From: a virus
Lineage: Duplodnaviria > Caudoviricetes
IMG/VR virus record: IMGVR_UViG_3300029288_000002
Span: 101,308 to 165,307 of that record
Direction: 5' to 3' (one strand)
Length of the DNA: 64,000 nucleotides
Positions 19,352 through 30,947 of the stretch are shown here, in pieces; positions within the stretch are counted from its first letter, which is position 1; each line of letters begins with the position of its first letter. The translations under genes and the position numbers were made by a program. Below the pieces are notes generated by a model. It saw nothing but the letters and a program-made list of their open reading frames with translations. It did no database searches and was not told where the DNA came from.

Positions 19352-22066
19352 ATTATTACAAAGGAGATATTATGTGTAATTCAGATGAACAATTCCTTAT
19401 GAAGTTACAACAGGTTGCTAACGGTGAGCGTTTGGGCAATTTGGATTACAATGGCTACGATTTAGTATTACGTGTGGCATCTGCACTAATGAATACTAAG
19501 CAATCAGAATACCCACAGGGAGACGATTCTGCTATTGTTGCACTGATGAGTGCAATAGAAACACTATATCCAGAATTGTATAATAAGGCTTATAATGGAT
19601 GGTTGCGGGCTTTTCATAATGGTAATCGTTTACTATTACATGCAAACTGGAATGAGGAAATTAAGTGGTATCAAGAATTATTGCGTAGTGATGCTTCGTG
19701 GTATAATATCAAATGCTGATTTTATGAATGAAAAAGGAGAAGGAGTCGAGTATGAAAATTGTACAGAAAACTCCAGATTGGATTGGAGCTAAAGGGGTGT
19801 GTGGTTTTTGTAATTGCGAAGTTGAATTAGAAGAGTGTGACGGGCTTCCTATTAGTAAAGAAAATCCTTTATATAAATTAGGTGATTATTGGGTTGGGCA
19901 AGAACTACTGAAAATAAAACTAAGTGATTACAGGTCTCCAATTATTCAAACCATCCAACAAACACCATTTGTTATATTTTGTCCAAATTGCAATTACAAT
20001 ATGATTGTGTTGGCTAATCATAAAGTGCAATTAGCTTTATCGTTATCTAATGACAGTGTTAGTATCATTCGTATTTAATAAAAATTATTCCTATTTTCTA
20101 TAATGGATTAATTGACTCTGTTAGTTATGAAAGGATATAATATGAACTCTGATATTTTAGAATTCTTACAAAAAGAAGCAGATAGTGATACGAGTGGTAA
20201 TATTACAACATTACTCATTGATAATATTATTCGCCAAGATTTACATTATATTTGGAAAGAAGGTAACGAATATATTTGTGTAAGTATTATGTGTGACCGT
20301 TATTTTCAATATACTTTGAAAGAATGGTTGGAAGATGATAGTTGCATTGATATGGATAGGGTAGTAGAAGTTTATCCTATTAATTATATTGCTACAAAAT
20401 ATATTCCTAAAAATCCAATTGTGCATTCGCCAAAACTCAGGATATTTAAATATTACGATTTGCTTTATGGTGATGTTCCATATGAAATAAATCAGTTTGC
20501 ATATGAATGCTTGGGTACATTTGCTAACAGGGGTGTAAATAAATATGTAGTTGGAGATACTACTATTTTAGACAAATACCTTGTTGAAAATGGGGCATTT
20601 GTGGGTGAAGAAGTACTGCTTGAAATTGATTGGAAATTTTAAACTAATAAAGGGAATAATATGACAACTTATGATTTAGTCAAAGTATTTAATGTACACG
20701 ATTTTCCAGAAAATCTACAGAATGATATTGCCTCGCTGCCATTTGATTCTGGTTATAATGTTTGGTGGTATGACCAGAGGGCTAATAGATACGCAAATGT
20801 TAGATTATCTGCATATTTATTGGGGCATGGTGTGTCTAAAGAAGATGAATATGTTCTATTGTTTTACTAATTATAATTGAGCGAATGAACCCGCGATATA
20901 ACAATTATCGGTTATATCTAATTTACAACGAAATTGCCACTTGACTAATTTCTGGTTATAGAGTATACTCATATTATGAAAAACAAGAAACAAACACATC
21001 GTATTCAAGGAGACATTCCTAATCGTGATAAAGATAAGAATAAGACTCTTCTGCGCAAACAACAGCGCAAAGAGAAAGAGAGTATGAGGACTGAAAAAGC
21101 ATGAAGAAGAAAGAATGCGAATTAATGGTAAAAGAGTTATTAGAATACGTATTCTTTAGAGCATTGAGTTATACTAAAGAAGAAATGATGATTATGTCAG
21201 ATGTTGACAAGCTCTCATTTAACAAAGTTGATTATGCTTTTTATGTTCATCAACGACTACCAGAGTTAGAGAGAATCTGGGCAATTTTGAACAAATATTG
21301 CCCTCCAGATCGAGGTAAGTTGTCAACAGTTGTTAAATTAGCTATTGAAAAAGGATGGTAATATGGACGAATATCAGGATATTAGCACCTTTCATGGAAA
21401 ACACGGCTTGTATATGATTATTGATGATGATAATCAAGAATATGCAGCCTGGTATAAAGATGGCGAATGGAAAGTTAATATCAAGACTGCTTATTATGGA
21501 AAATATTGTCACAATCCTATTATGTGGAAAGATTACAAATACGAAGGAGTTTACTAACTATGACTGACGAAACCTTAGCAGCAATCAAGCATCAGATTAT
21601 TCAATGCGCATATAATTCTTTGGCTTATACAGCATGGGAAAAGCCGACAGACATCCCTGCTTATCGTGATTGTATGCGTATGTGGAAACTGTGTATGGGA
21701 GAAAATCCCGACCGCAAGAGAGATACCCTTTGGTATTTTGTGAAGAATAAGTTTGCAATTATTGACGAAAACGGAGAGGTGGTTAAATAGTATGTACAAC
21801 TGGTTGCCAAAGGATGAACGTAATAGACTCTTACGCAAAGATGCAAGTGAAGCAATTGCATGGATTAGAGATTATATTGTTTCACGTGACAGATGTGAAT
21901 CGGATTTTTCAAACTGTCTTACTAAAAATGTACAAGCAATGAAATACAACGATAGATTTAATTGTCTTGCCATTGTTGAATGTTTAGAACAGATTCCTTT
22001 TCGTTCAGAAGAATGTGATAGGCGACTTGCTATAGCTAAATCTGCTATTTTAGACACGGAGGAGTA

Positions 22067-22627
22067 ATGAATAAATCTGAAACAAAACATATTCGAGAGT
22101 TTGTATCTTTGAAATGTGCCGGTCAAATGCTAAACTTAGGGCTATTCCCTAATTCAGCAGCTAAAGAGATTACCGAGACTGTTGGCATGTTTAGGGCAGT
22201 CGTAGATCATTTATTAGATGATACTATCACTCTAAAGAACCCTGATATTCAATTGATTGTGGTAGGTGATGGTAATACTCCTCGTACAGCAGCGATGTTT
22301 GCATTACGCTCTGGTTGGAATTGCCATAGTATTGATCCAATTTTAAATATAAATAAAGATTGGAGTAGTATTAAACGGTTACTTATTCATTCTCTAAAAA
22401 TTGAACAATGCAATTTGCGTTTTGGTGATTATCCTACTGTTATTGTTTTGCCTCATAGTCATGCTAAAATTAGCGATGTATTAGAGCATATTGCTGCCAA
22501 AACTCGTCACATTGTATCAATGCCCTGTTGTGTGCCACACGATATTCCCAACAAAGAATATATTGGGTATGTGGATACAGCAGTGTGGAGCGAAAAGAAT
22601 ACTATCAAGATTTGGAAGAATGTATAA
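22067..22627 (+). CDS. putative SAM-dependent methyltransferase-fold protein (possibly RNA-directed)
   Basis: KEITET.G, VVGDGNTPRTAAMF, SIDP, HSH, MPCC. Confidence 0.5.
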   Translation: MNKSETKHIREFVSLKCAGQMLNLGLFPNSAAKEITETVGMFRAVVDHLLDDTITLKNPDIQLIVVGDGNTPRTAAMFALRSGWNCHSIDPILNINKDWSSIKRLLIHSLKIEQCNLRFGDYPTVIVLPHSHAKISDVLEHIAAKTRHIVSMPCCVPHDIPNKEYIGYVDTAVWSEKNTIKIWKNV

Positions 22628-23162
22628 TATGGTTAAAACCTTTTTAATTGAAACAACGGATGTTACATTTTTAGATGAAAACAACAATGTTATAACTATA
22701 AAAAAGTATCCTGTATTTACAGACGAATTCGGCAAATATATTGAAATCTCTTTTTTCGATACTAGAAAACAAAAATATTATTTGGACTGTGCTGAAACAG
22801 ATGAGGGGTAAAGGAATTAAACAATGTTTTGGAAAAAGAATAAACCAATGACTGAAACTGGCAAACAGATTTTGAATTTGAAGATATTAAACGCATTACT
22901 GGTTGCGAAGTTAGAATTAACAAGATACTCAGCTAATTCAAACCCTTTTAGTAACGAGACTCGTCTTTTAGGAGAACTTTCTTACGCTATTCAAGTTGTC
23001 AAAGGGGGTTATTATTTGAATATAAGTAATACTAAAGGAACGTTATCCTCTTTAGCTAAACAATTAGACGCTGTTGGTTTTCCAGCCATTGCCGAATCTT
23101 TAAGGTCGTTATTTTGGGATTCATAAACTTTGTTTTATATCAAATAAAAATGAGGAATTATA

Positions 23163-23845
23163 TTGCTAACTACTACATTAAATATAGACAATATGACATT
23201 TGAAACAATTGAGAAGTTTGATATAATCTATTGTGATTATATCTATGAAAATCTTGACTTTACTTGGGCAAAGAAATACTTTCAATTTCTAAAACCAAAT
23301 GGGGGATATTTATTGCTCAAACTGATTGGCACTCTGTATCTGAATTTGATGTGTACATGAAAAAAGAAGTGAATGCCACTTTCATAAATCATCTTGTGTG
23401 GAAATGCGAATGGGGAAACCATTCCCGCAATCGTTTTCATCAATGTTACGATGACATTCTTATATACTCTAATAGTAATAATTGGCAGTTTTATCCTGAA
23501 AAGATTCAAGTGCCTAAAGTTACTGTTACTAAAGGGATGAATCCGAGTGGTAGAATGACTAAACAAAGAACTGCATGGATAGATGATTGCACTCTTACTA
23601 CAACTGCTACTGAACGAGTCAAATTGGAAGACGGTCATTTGATTCGTTGGCAAAAACCACAAAAGCTATATGATGCAATTATATCGCCCTGGTTTGATAA
23701 GACTGCAAATATTCTTGATCCTTTTGCCGGTAGTTTCTCACTTGGAGTATGGTGTAATCATAACAATTGTGACTATACAGGAATTGAACAAGACACTGAT
23801 GTATTTGAAATTGGGAAGAAAAATATTGAAACTACTAAAAATTAA
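23163..23845 (+). pseudogene. N4C/N6A DNA methyltransferase (beta class), frameshifted at G5 23301-23305
   Basis: FDIIYCDYIY (motif IV variant) in ORF 23163; QKP...ILDPFAGS (motif I) in ORF 23264; G3 or G6 restores the frame. Confidence 0.7.
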
Positions 23846-23906
23846 TTACAAATAAGCAATAATATTACAAAGCAAAAGGTGCTTTATAAATAGGAATGGT
23901 TTAGTT

Positions 23907-24635
23907 ATGCAATATATGGGTAGCAAAAATCGTTATGCTAAATACTTGTTGCCGATTCTGTAACAGAATCGGCAATTTGGTCAGTGGTATGTAGAGCCGT
24001 TTGTTGGTGGTGCAAATATGATAGATAAAGTTACTGGTAACAGAATTGGTGTGGATAATAACAAATACCTTATAGCATTACTCAAAGCAGTACAACAAGG
24101 GTGGATACCACCAAGCAACATTAGCAGAGAAGAATACAACAAAGTTAAAGATAACCCAGACTCTTATGAAGATTATTATGTTGGTTTTGTGGGATTTTGT
24201 TGCTCTTATGCTGTAAAGTGGTTTGGCGGTTATGCTAATAGCGTAACAAAAGCGGGTAGAATTAGAAATTATTGTTTTGAAAATAAAGAAAATTTGTTAG
24301 CACAAGCACCAAAGCTAAAAGATGTAGATTTTAGGTGTTGTTCATATGATCAATTAGACATTCCTAAGCAAAGCATTATCTATTGTGAATATGCAAATAG
24401 CACTAAATATGTATCTGCCTTTGATCACATTTCATTTTGGCGGTGGTGTAGAGAGAAGTGTGCAGAAGGTCATGCGCTTTATGTATCAGAATACTCCGCG
24501 CCAGAAGACTTCGTTTGCACATGGTCTAAACAGGTGATTGTAGGGTTAGATGTGACTACAACTACAAAGCGGATTGAGCGGCTGTTTGTACACGAAAGTC
24601 AGTTAAATTTGCATCTTGACAATCGCTTGTTTTAG
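23907..24635 (+). pseudogene. Dam/D12-class adenine methyltransferase with in-frame TAA at 23961 and loss of DPPY
   Basis: MQYMGSKNR...*...YVEPFVGGANM in frame with ORF 24018; IIYCEY where IYCDPPY is expected. Confidence 0.8.
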
Positions 24636-24673
24636 TGTATAATGAAAGTATAAGATTAGCTAAAGGAGAAGAT

Positions 24674-25156
24674 ATGGGTGAAATCAGAATCATTTTTGGT
24701 GAAAATGAAGTTCCGAGCAATGAAGAGTTAATTAAATGGGGAGATTTGGGAATTGCTTGGGTAATGGAATTTACCTTAAAGAAGAATGGGAATAAGGCAT
24801 TAATTGAATTTGAGGAATGTTCTCGCAGTTTCATTGACCAGTGTTTTGAGTTATTTATGCCATTTCACGATTCTAAAGTGTGGGCTTTTGCTTTGGATAA
24901 TGATGATGATTGCGCAATGCTACAAAAGTATTTGCGAAACGGCGAAGCGGAATATATGAGCATGGAGTCTAAGTCTGTTTGGACAAGACCATACAACAAA
25001 GAGTATGGTGATGCTTTTCTAAAATATATTGGATTTCCTGAAAACTTCTTTGATTTATTCAAAGAAGAAGCGTTTGAAAAGGACATGGTTTATTTAGTAG
25101 ATCATCGTAATGAAACGCTTATAGCAGAATATGAAAAGAGTCTTCTATGCCAATGA
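24674..25156 (+). CDS. partner protein of nuclease cassette A2
   Basis: Promoter TTGACA..TATAAT at 24616-24643; RBS; overlaps the nuclease start. Confidence 0.6.
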   Translation: MGEIRIIFGENEVPSNEELIKWGDLGIAWVMEFTLKKNGNKALIEFEECSRSFIDQCFELFMPFHDSKVWAFALDNDDDCAMLQKYLRNGEAEYMSMESKSVWTRPYNKEYGDAFLKYIGFPENFFDLFKEEAFEKDMVYLVDHRNETLIAEYEKSLLCQ

Positions 25157-25671
25157 GAGGTAGCGAATTTAGTATTTTTAATTTATTGTCTAAGTTTAAT
25201 AAAAAGACACCCGAATACAAATGGGAATACTTTGAGGTTTTTGGCGAAGATGGAAAAACAACAACATATCAATCAAAGTTATACCCTCCTCCCGCTTTTA
25301 GAGCAGCATATCCTGATTTTGAAAAGTATAAAATGCCAGAACACAGTTTGGTTTTGTTGGTAGAAGTAAAAGATCAAACAGATTACTATGAAAACTGTGA
25401 AGGTATGCTTGCAATGAAAAGATGCCAATTTAACCAATATTTTACAGTTCAAGACCAAGAAAAGGTAAAAGTTAGAGTTGTATTTGCTTTGAATATTACT
25501 GGCAGTCATTGGCATACAGAATACTATTGGGAAACATTAGATAATCTAAAACGCCTCCCTCATATTGACCAAATTTATGAAGGTTGGAGTTATGGTAAAA
25601 AGAAAACAGAAACTTATTGTTTTTGGAATGTTTGTGACCTTCGTAGTGATGTCGAAAACTTGGGAATTTGA
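25147..25671 (+). CDS. PD-(D/E)XK nuclease, cassette A2
   Basis: AYPDFEKY...LLVEVKD...QFNQY..VQ..E...YYWETLDNL...FWN..DLRSD. Confidence 0.7.
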   Translation: MPMRGSEFSIFNLLSKFNKKTPEYKWEYFEVFGEDGKTTTYQSKLYPPPAFRAAYPDFEKYKMPEHSLVLLVEVKDQTDYYENCEGMLAMKRCQFNQYFTVQDQEKVKVRVVFALNITGSHWHTEYYWETLDNLKRLPHIDQIYEGWSYGKKKTETYCFWNVCDLRSDVENLGI

Positions 25672-25774
25672 ATTGCTATAAAAGCCGCGTTTTAGCAACG
25701 GAAATGCAATGTTAATCTCTTGCAATTTCGATTATTGTGATGTATACTAATTAAAACAGACTGAAAAGGAGATA

Positions 25775-26743
25775 TTGAATATGTTAGAATTTTTAGCGTC
25801 AGCGTGGGTTACTTGGATTAGTGCTATTTTAGCCGTTTTAGTTTTGGGCGGTATTATTGGGGCTATTGGTTCGGATTCAAAAGAGGGACTTATTGGAGCA
25901 GGGGTTTTAGTAGTTGTAGAAATCTTCTTAGTGTGGGCGTTTATTTTTAGCGGTACTCATCGGGTAGTACCAGTTAATAGTATAGCAATTCTTGAAAACA
26001 CAATGGCTGGTAAAATTGAAAACACATTGCAATCGGGATTAGTCGAAACACCTTTTATTGGATATGAATTACATATGTTTCCGGCTGTACAGAATCTGCA
26101 AATTTGCAACGAGTTTACTCCAAGTGTAAAGGGCGGCTATGGTGTAAAAACAAACATTTGCTTTTATATCAACTCTTCTGCTGTTGATTGGAAAGCGCAA
26201 GTAAAGAGTTATAACTCTTGGGATACTAACGCTTTAGTGGGAGCGTGGTATAATCAAGTAGCAGGAATTGTAGGTGATACAATCAAAGAATATTCGCCTG
26301 CTGATTTGACTGGCAATAAGCTGGCTATTAGCGAATTATTATATGGGAAAGTTAATCCTAAGTTCAATCAATTAGGTGTACAACTAAACTCAGTACAATT
26401 TATGAATTGGGATTTTCAATCTGCTGAAATGAGCGCAGAATATGATAAAACCATTACAGCTCAAACACAGTCAATTCAAGCAGAGGCAGAATTAGCAAGG
26501 GCAGAAGTTGAGCGAAAGACTCGTATGTACAAACAGGACACTGAAATTTTAGCTATGACTCAATGGGTAGAAGCTCAAAAGAAACAAATGGAACTATTGG
26601 AGTTAGAGTCAGAAGAAGCAAAGTTAGACTGGCTAAAACTACAATGGCTTCGTGAAAATCCAAACAGCACAGTAATTGTAACTATGGGTAACAGTTCTAA
26701 TGTTCTGGTAAATCCAAACAATATTCAACCCGTTACAAAGTAA
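25775..26743 (+). CDS. SPFH/band-7 (prohibitin-like) membrane protein
   Basis: Two N-terminal TM helices, SPFH-like core, Ala/Glu-rich coiled coil (AEAELARAE). Confidence 0.65.
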   Translation: MNMLEFLASAWVTWISAILAVLVLGGIIGAIGSDSKEGLIGAGVLVVVEIFLVWAFIFSGTHRVVPVNSIAILENTMAGKIENTLQSGLVETPFIGYELHMFPAVQNLQICNEFTPSVKGGYGVKTNICFYINSSAVDWKAQVKSYNSWDTNALVGAWYNQVAGIVGDTIKEYSPADLTGNKLAISELLYGKVNPKFNQLGVQLNSVQFMNWDFQSAEMSAEYDKTITAQTQSIQAEAELARAEVERKTRMYKQDTEILAMTQWVEAQKKQMELLELESEEAKLDWLKLQWLRENPNSTVIVTMGNSSNVLVNPNNIQPVTK

Positions 26744-26791
26744 GTAATTAGAAAATAATAGAGACTCTTACAAGAGTCTTTATTATTGGTC

Positions 26792-26892
26792 TTGTAGCTT
26801 CACAGGAAGCCCCACAAGCGAAGCAATTAGTAAACAGGTCGCATTATACCTCAAACTGCAAAATGCCACACAACGAACCAGAAAGGACTGAG
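26792..26892. repeat. dispersed ~100-bp element, copy 3
   Basis: CAGGAAG(26803)...AGGT-N8-ACCT(26836-26851)...CAGAAAG(26879); TTGTAGCTTCACAGGAAGC identical to copy 2. Confidence 0.75.
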
Positions 26893-26896
26893 ACGA

Positions 26897-27658
26897 ATGA
26901 AGATTTCAAACGAGGTTATGGAGATTTTAGTGCAAAGCACTATTGAAGAAAACAAATTGTTCTTACCCGCATTTCAATTAGACCGCAAACTATACTTGGA
27001 TGTGAATAAAGCATTAGAGTCTATTGGCGGGAAGTGGAATCGTAAAGCAAAAGCTCATGTATTTGAGATTGATCCATCGGATGTATTAGATGAAATTATT
27101 AATACAGGAGAATACACAGACGCTAAAAAAGAATATCAATTCTTTGAGACTCCTGAATGGTTAGCTAAGAAAATGGTAGAATTATCAACTGCTGCTGAAA
27201 TGAGTGGAATGATGTTAGAGCCATCGGCGGGAAAAGGTGCTATTGCAAAGTATTTTCCAAAGAATAATATTGTATTGATTGAATTGAACAATACTAACAT
27301 AGAATATTTAGAAAAAGTATTCGGTGATAAAGCTGCAGCAATTTATAACTCTGATTTCTTGCTATTTAATTTCATTAAAGATTTTCAATATATTATTATG
27401 AATCCTCCGTTCTCTAAACAACAAGACGTAAAACACATTCTCCACGCTTGGGAATTGCTTGCAGATGGCGGTACACTTGTTTCTGTTGTAAGCGAGAGTC
27501 CTTTCTTCCGTGAGAATGCTTTGTCTAAGGAATTTCGTAGATGGGTAGAAGATAATGATGTGGATGTAACTTCATTAGATGCAGGTACATTTAAAGAAAG
27601 TGGGACTATGGTGAAGACAAGGTTATTAGTGGCTAAAAAGGGCTGTAATGAAAATTGA
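26897..27658 (+). CDS. DNA N6-adenine methyltransferase (gamma class)
   Basis: QFFETP, LEPSAGKG, IIMNPPF, F.ESGT. Confidence 0.85.
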   Translation: MKISNEVMEILVQSTIEENKLFLPAFQLDRKLYLDVNKALESIGGKWNRKAKAHVFEIDPSDVLDEIINTGEYTDAKKEYQFFETPEWLAKKMVELSTAAEMSGMMLEPSAGKGAIAKYFPKNNIVLIELNNTNIEYLEKVFGDKAAAIYNSDFLLFNFIKDFQYIIMNPPFSKQQDVKHILHAWELLADGGTLVSVVSESPFFRENALSKEFRRWVEDNDVDVTSLDAGTFKESGTMVKTRLLVAKKGCNEN

Positions 27659-28703
27659 ACTGCTCTTAGCCTTATATGACTTCTGGATTGGTTTCTTTTA
27701 TGATACAAAGAAACACATTTTATATTTTTGTCCTGTCCTTTGTGTAGTTTTCAAAATAAACAATTTGTTACTTGACAAACGTGGGATTAGCATTATACTT
27801 GAATAAAGGAGTTTAAATATGAATATTATTTCTGAGATAGCCAAAGATTCAATCGAATTGAATAATAAATCCTGTTTTCGGTTAAAAAAGCTAAAAAGGA
27901 AGTGTGAGTTTTTATTGCATGAGCGTTGGAATTATTGGTTTGAAACAAGCGACGATTTACAAAAAACTAAAGACAATGAAACACACGCTACTGCTTGTAA
28001 AAATTTTATTGAAAAACTAAATATTCTTCTAAATGGAAAATAATATGAAATTTAAAATTGTTCCTGATAACCATGCTATCTGGCAACCTAAAAATCCAGA
28101 AAAGTTTCACGCATTTATTCATATCAATGGAAACTTAGAATTTATAATGAATTATGGCACACACTATGATACTCATTTCTCGATTTGTTCAAATAGAAAT
28201 ACACGCGGCGATATTTTGGGATTACACGAAGGAATGTTGTCATATATTGAAAAAGTGTTAGACGAAAAATGGGCTACTTTTACAGACAAAGAATTTTGGG
28301 AATGGGAGTCGTTTGTAGTAATTGCATCGAGAATGTGTGACTGTGCATATGACGCTTATTGGGAATATTATTCACAACATGAAAAAGAGATGTGCGAGTT
28401 TGAAAATGTTGTAAAGAAGATGTGGGAACAGGAAGATAACTTAGAAGAGTCTTCCCCTTATGGTAATGACCTTGAAGATTTCGATGAACGGAGTAATAAT
28501 TAAAATGGAGACTTTTTTGCAAGCCCTATCGCGCAAAACTTCACAACGGTTACGGGAATTGCGCAAAAAGTATAGAGAGCTAATGCACACTTCTCATAAT
28601 GGCGGTGCAGGCGGCAGTAAAACGGCTGATTTATATCAAGATTATAAGAAAATCAAAGAAGAAATCGATCATATTTTGGCTAAAAGAAATAAGGAGAATA
28701 AGA

Positions 28704-29075
28704 ATGACTAAAATGCAAGGAAATGAGAATGTTCAAGCCTTATTGGAACGCATATATGCTTTGCTGTTGCTTGGTATACGCGGAAGCAATATGTCGCTGG
28801 TTAGTGTTGAAAATACAACGTCTGCTGCTTTTATTATTGCAGAAATATATGTGTTATTAAATAGACAAGAAATTTACTTTTCAGAATGCGAGTTTATGAC
28901 TGTAGAAGTCGAAGAAATTCTTAAGCGAGCTGATAGATTGATTGATATATGGTCTGTCGGTTATTGCGAAACTGCTAATAGACCGGTTGAAAAAGAATTG
29001 AAAAATATGCCGTTTTTTGTAAGTGATTTTAAAGATGTTTTGTTTACAAATAGTATAAATAAAGAGACTAAATAA
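28704..29075 (+). CDS. partner protein of nuclease cassette B2
   Basis: RBS AAGGAG; TAATG stop/start coupling with the nuclease; resembles 43324. Confidence 0.55.
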   Translation: MTKMQGNENVQALLERIYALLLLGIRGSNMSLVSVENTTSAAFIIAEIYVLLNRQEIYFSECEFMTVEVEEILKRADRLIDIWSVGYCETANRPVEKELKNMPFFVSDFKDVLFTNSINKETK

Positions 29076-29656
29076 TGTTTACCAAAAAGTCAAAAACACA
29101 ATTTGATAAAAATTTTGAAATAGGTGAGTATTACGAAACCCTCGTTGAGCGTTGGTTAAATTCAATGGGCGTTTATAATGTTGAAAAAGTTGTATGCAAA
29201 AAGAATGGAAAGGTGGTTCATCAATATTGTATTAATGACAAGGGGGACGAAATTCCATTTCCTGATTTTAGAGTATTCTTGATAGGAGAAAAAGGATTCT
29301 TTTCTAAACCTAAGTTTTTACTTGAAGTTAAAAGTTTTGAAAAATATTATAATAACACTGATTCAAGTATAAAAGAACTGGAACTTTTTAAAAACTATAT
29401 GATGGTTGATGCTTACCATTTTGATAGTTATAAATGGATAGCTAAAGAATACAAACAAAGTGTAGAGTTTATATTTGTAATTTATTCTGGCTTTACTTAT
29501 TGGTATACAGAAAGCATTGATTATTTAGATGCTCATAAGATTCTGGTTCAAGGATTGTTTTATGATTCTTCTAATTCACATTATGCTTGGGCGGTTGATA
29601 TACTCAAAAGAATAAATGGTCATCCTTTAAAGAGGTATGGCTGGGATAGTTTGTAA
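29075..29656 (+). CDS. PD-(D/E)XK nuclease, cassette B2
   Basis: GEYYE..VE.WL...FPDF...LLEVKS...F..Y...WYTESID.L..HK. Confidence 0.7.
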   Translation: MFTKKSKTQFDKNFEIGEYYETLVERWLNSMGVYNVEKVVCKKNGKVVHQYCINDKGDEIPFPDFRVFLIGEKGFFSKPKFLLEVKSFEKYYNNTDSSIKELELFKNYMMVDAYHFDSYKWIAKEYKQSVEFIFVIYSGFTYWYTESIDYLDAHKILVQGLFYDSSNSHYAWAVDILKRINGHPLKRYGWDSL

Positions 29657-29676
29657 TACAATAAAGGAGAACAAGA

Positions 29677-29984
29677 ATGATTAAGATACAAGGGCATAGC
29701 GATGATGTTTTAAATGTGTATTATGAAAACGATGGTTGTCATAGTGCTGATGAATTTTATGTAGATTCAAAAGACACTGTTACCATTGAAATTACGGACA
29801 TTATTAATAACACATTTGTTATTGTTACATATACGGTAAGCATGAATCAGTATGGAGTATTGCAGTAGAACCAAAGAACGAAGATGTACCAATGCCTAAA
29901 ATGAGCATTGAAATGGCAGATAACGGGTATTCTCCTTTACTGATTATTGAAAGTTCTAACGAGGTTCTGATTGGCGAATTGTAA
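29677..29984 (+). pseudogene. small phage protein (IQGHSDD type) frameshifted at ACATATAC ~29827-29834
   Basis: Deleting one TA gives ...VTYGKHESVWSIAVEP...NGYSP.LIIE...GEL*. Confidence 0.55.
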
Positions 29985-30696
29985 TACATTTGTAACTTGA
30001 TATTCACTTTGAAATATGTTATAATAAGGGAATACATATAATTATGACAGTATGGGATAAACTTAAACAATATAATGAAAACAGAGAAGAAAAAGAGAAA
30101 GTCCAAATACAAAAAGTAAGCAATGTAGTTTTTATAAATATGTGGTTGAGCAATACAGTTTTAGTAGTCGAAATAATTTTCATAATTTGTTTACTTGGCT
30201 TATTGGTTTTTATGAAAGTAGAAGAACAAAAAACAGAATCGGGGTTAATACTAAAATCCAGTTATATATCAGAAGGAGTTGTTACTGGTACAGATAGACA
30301 CGGATTTAAATATGGACATTATGCCAGAATATGTTATTATATTACTGACAGTGTCAGCAATTGTTTTGATTATTTACCAGAGAACTATTACCATATGTAT
30401 GTTACAGGTAGCAAAATTAAAATTACAACAAACTTATTTTATAGTGATATTACAAAAAAAGAGCGTATTCGTTTATATATACAGAGCATAGCGGATAATA
30501 ACTACTATTTTTATTCTGATGCTCAAGGAATGGAATTCAAATAAGAACGAAATTGCAACTTGACATTTACTTTGGAATATGATATACTGTAGAAATAGAA
30601 TAAACAAAGTCAAGTACCAATCAGATAGAAACAAATTGGTACTTGACAAGCAGAAAATAGTGTGGTAAAATAATAAAGTAAGAGTGAGAAAAGCAT

Positions 30697-30774
30697 AGCC
30701 CTGTAGCACAACGGTAAAGCGCGGCGTTCTTATAAAACGAAGACGGTAATAGGGTTCAACTCCCCCCAGGGCTA
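30697..30774 (+). tRNA. tRNA-Ile(TAT), some mismatched stems
   Basis: AGCCCTG/CAGGGCT acceptor, CGTT-CTTATAA-AACG anticodon arm, GGTTCAACTCC. Confidence 0.6.
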
Positions 30775-30778
30775 CTAA

Positions 30779-30858
30779 CCGAGTGTATCTCCTCAATCTT
30801 CTAAATTGCAGAAAGAGTAACTGGATATTACATGCAGGTTCAAACCCTGTCACTCGGA
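30779..30858 (+). ncRNA. tRNA-like RNA lacking a canonical D arm (TCT anticodon-like loop)
   Basis: CCGAGTG/CACTCGG acceptor and GCAGG-TTCAAAC-CCTGT T arm; the CAAT-CTTCTAA-ATTG hairpin begins only ~8 nt after the acceptor strand. Confidence 0.6.
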
Positions 30859-30947
30859 CAATTGGTAAAAGTGTGGTTGCAAACACAAGTTAGTTTTACG
30901 AATATTCGTCAGTAGCGGACACGAATTAAAAGTAACTCGCTACAAAC

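Noticed and set aside
23961-23963. Stop-codon reassignment
   Set aside because: A single in-frame TAA in a gene that also lost DPPY; TAA, TAG and TGA all end genes normally and core genes are uninterrupted.
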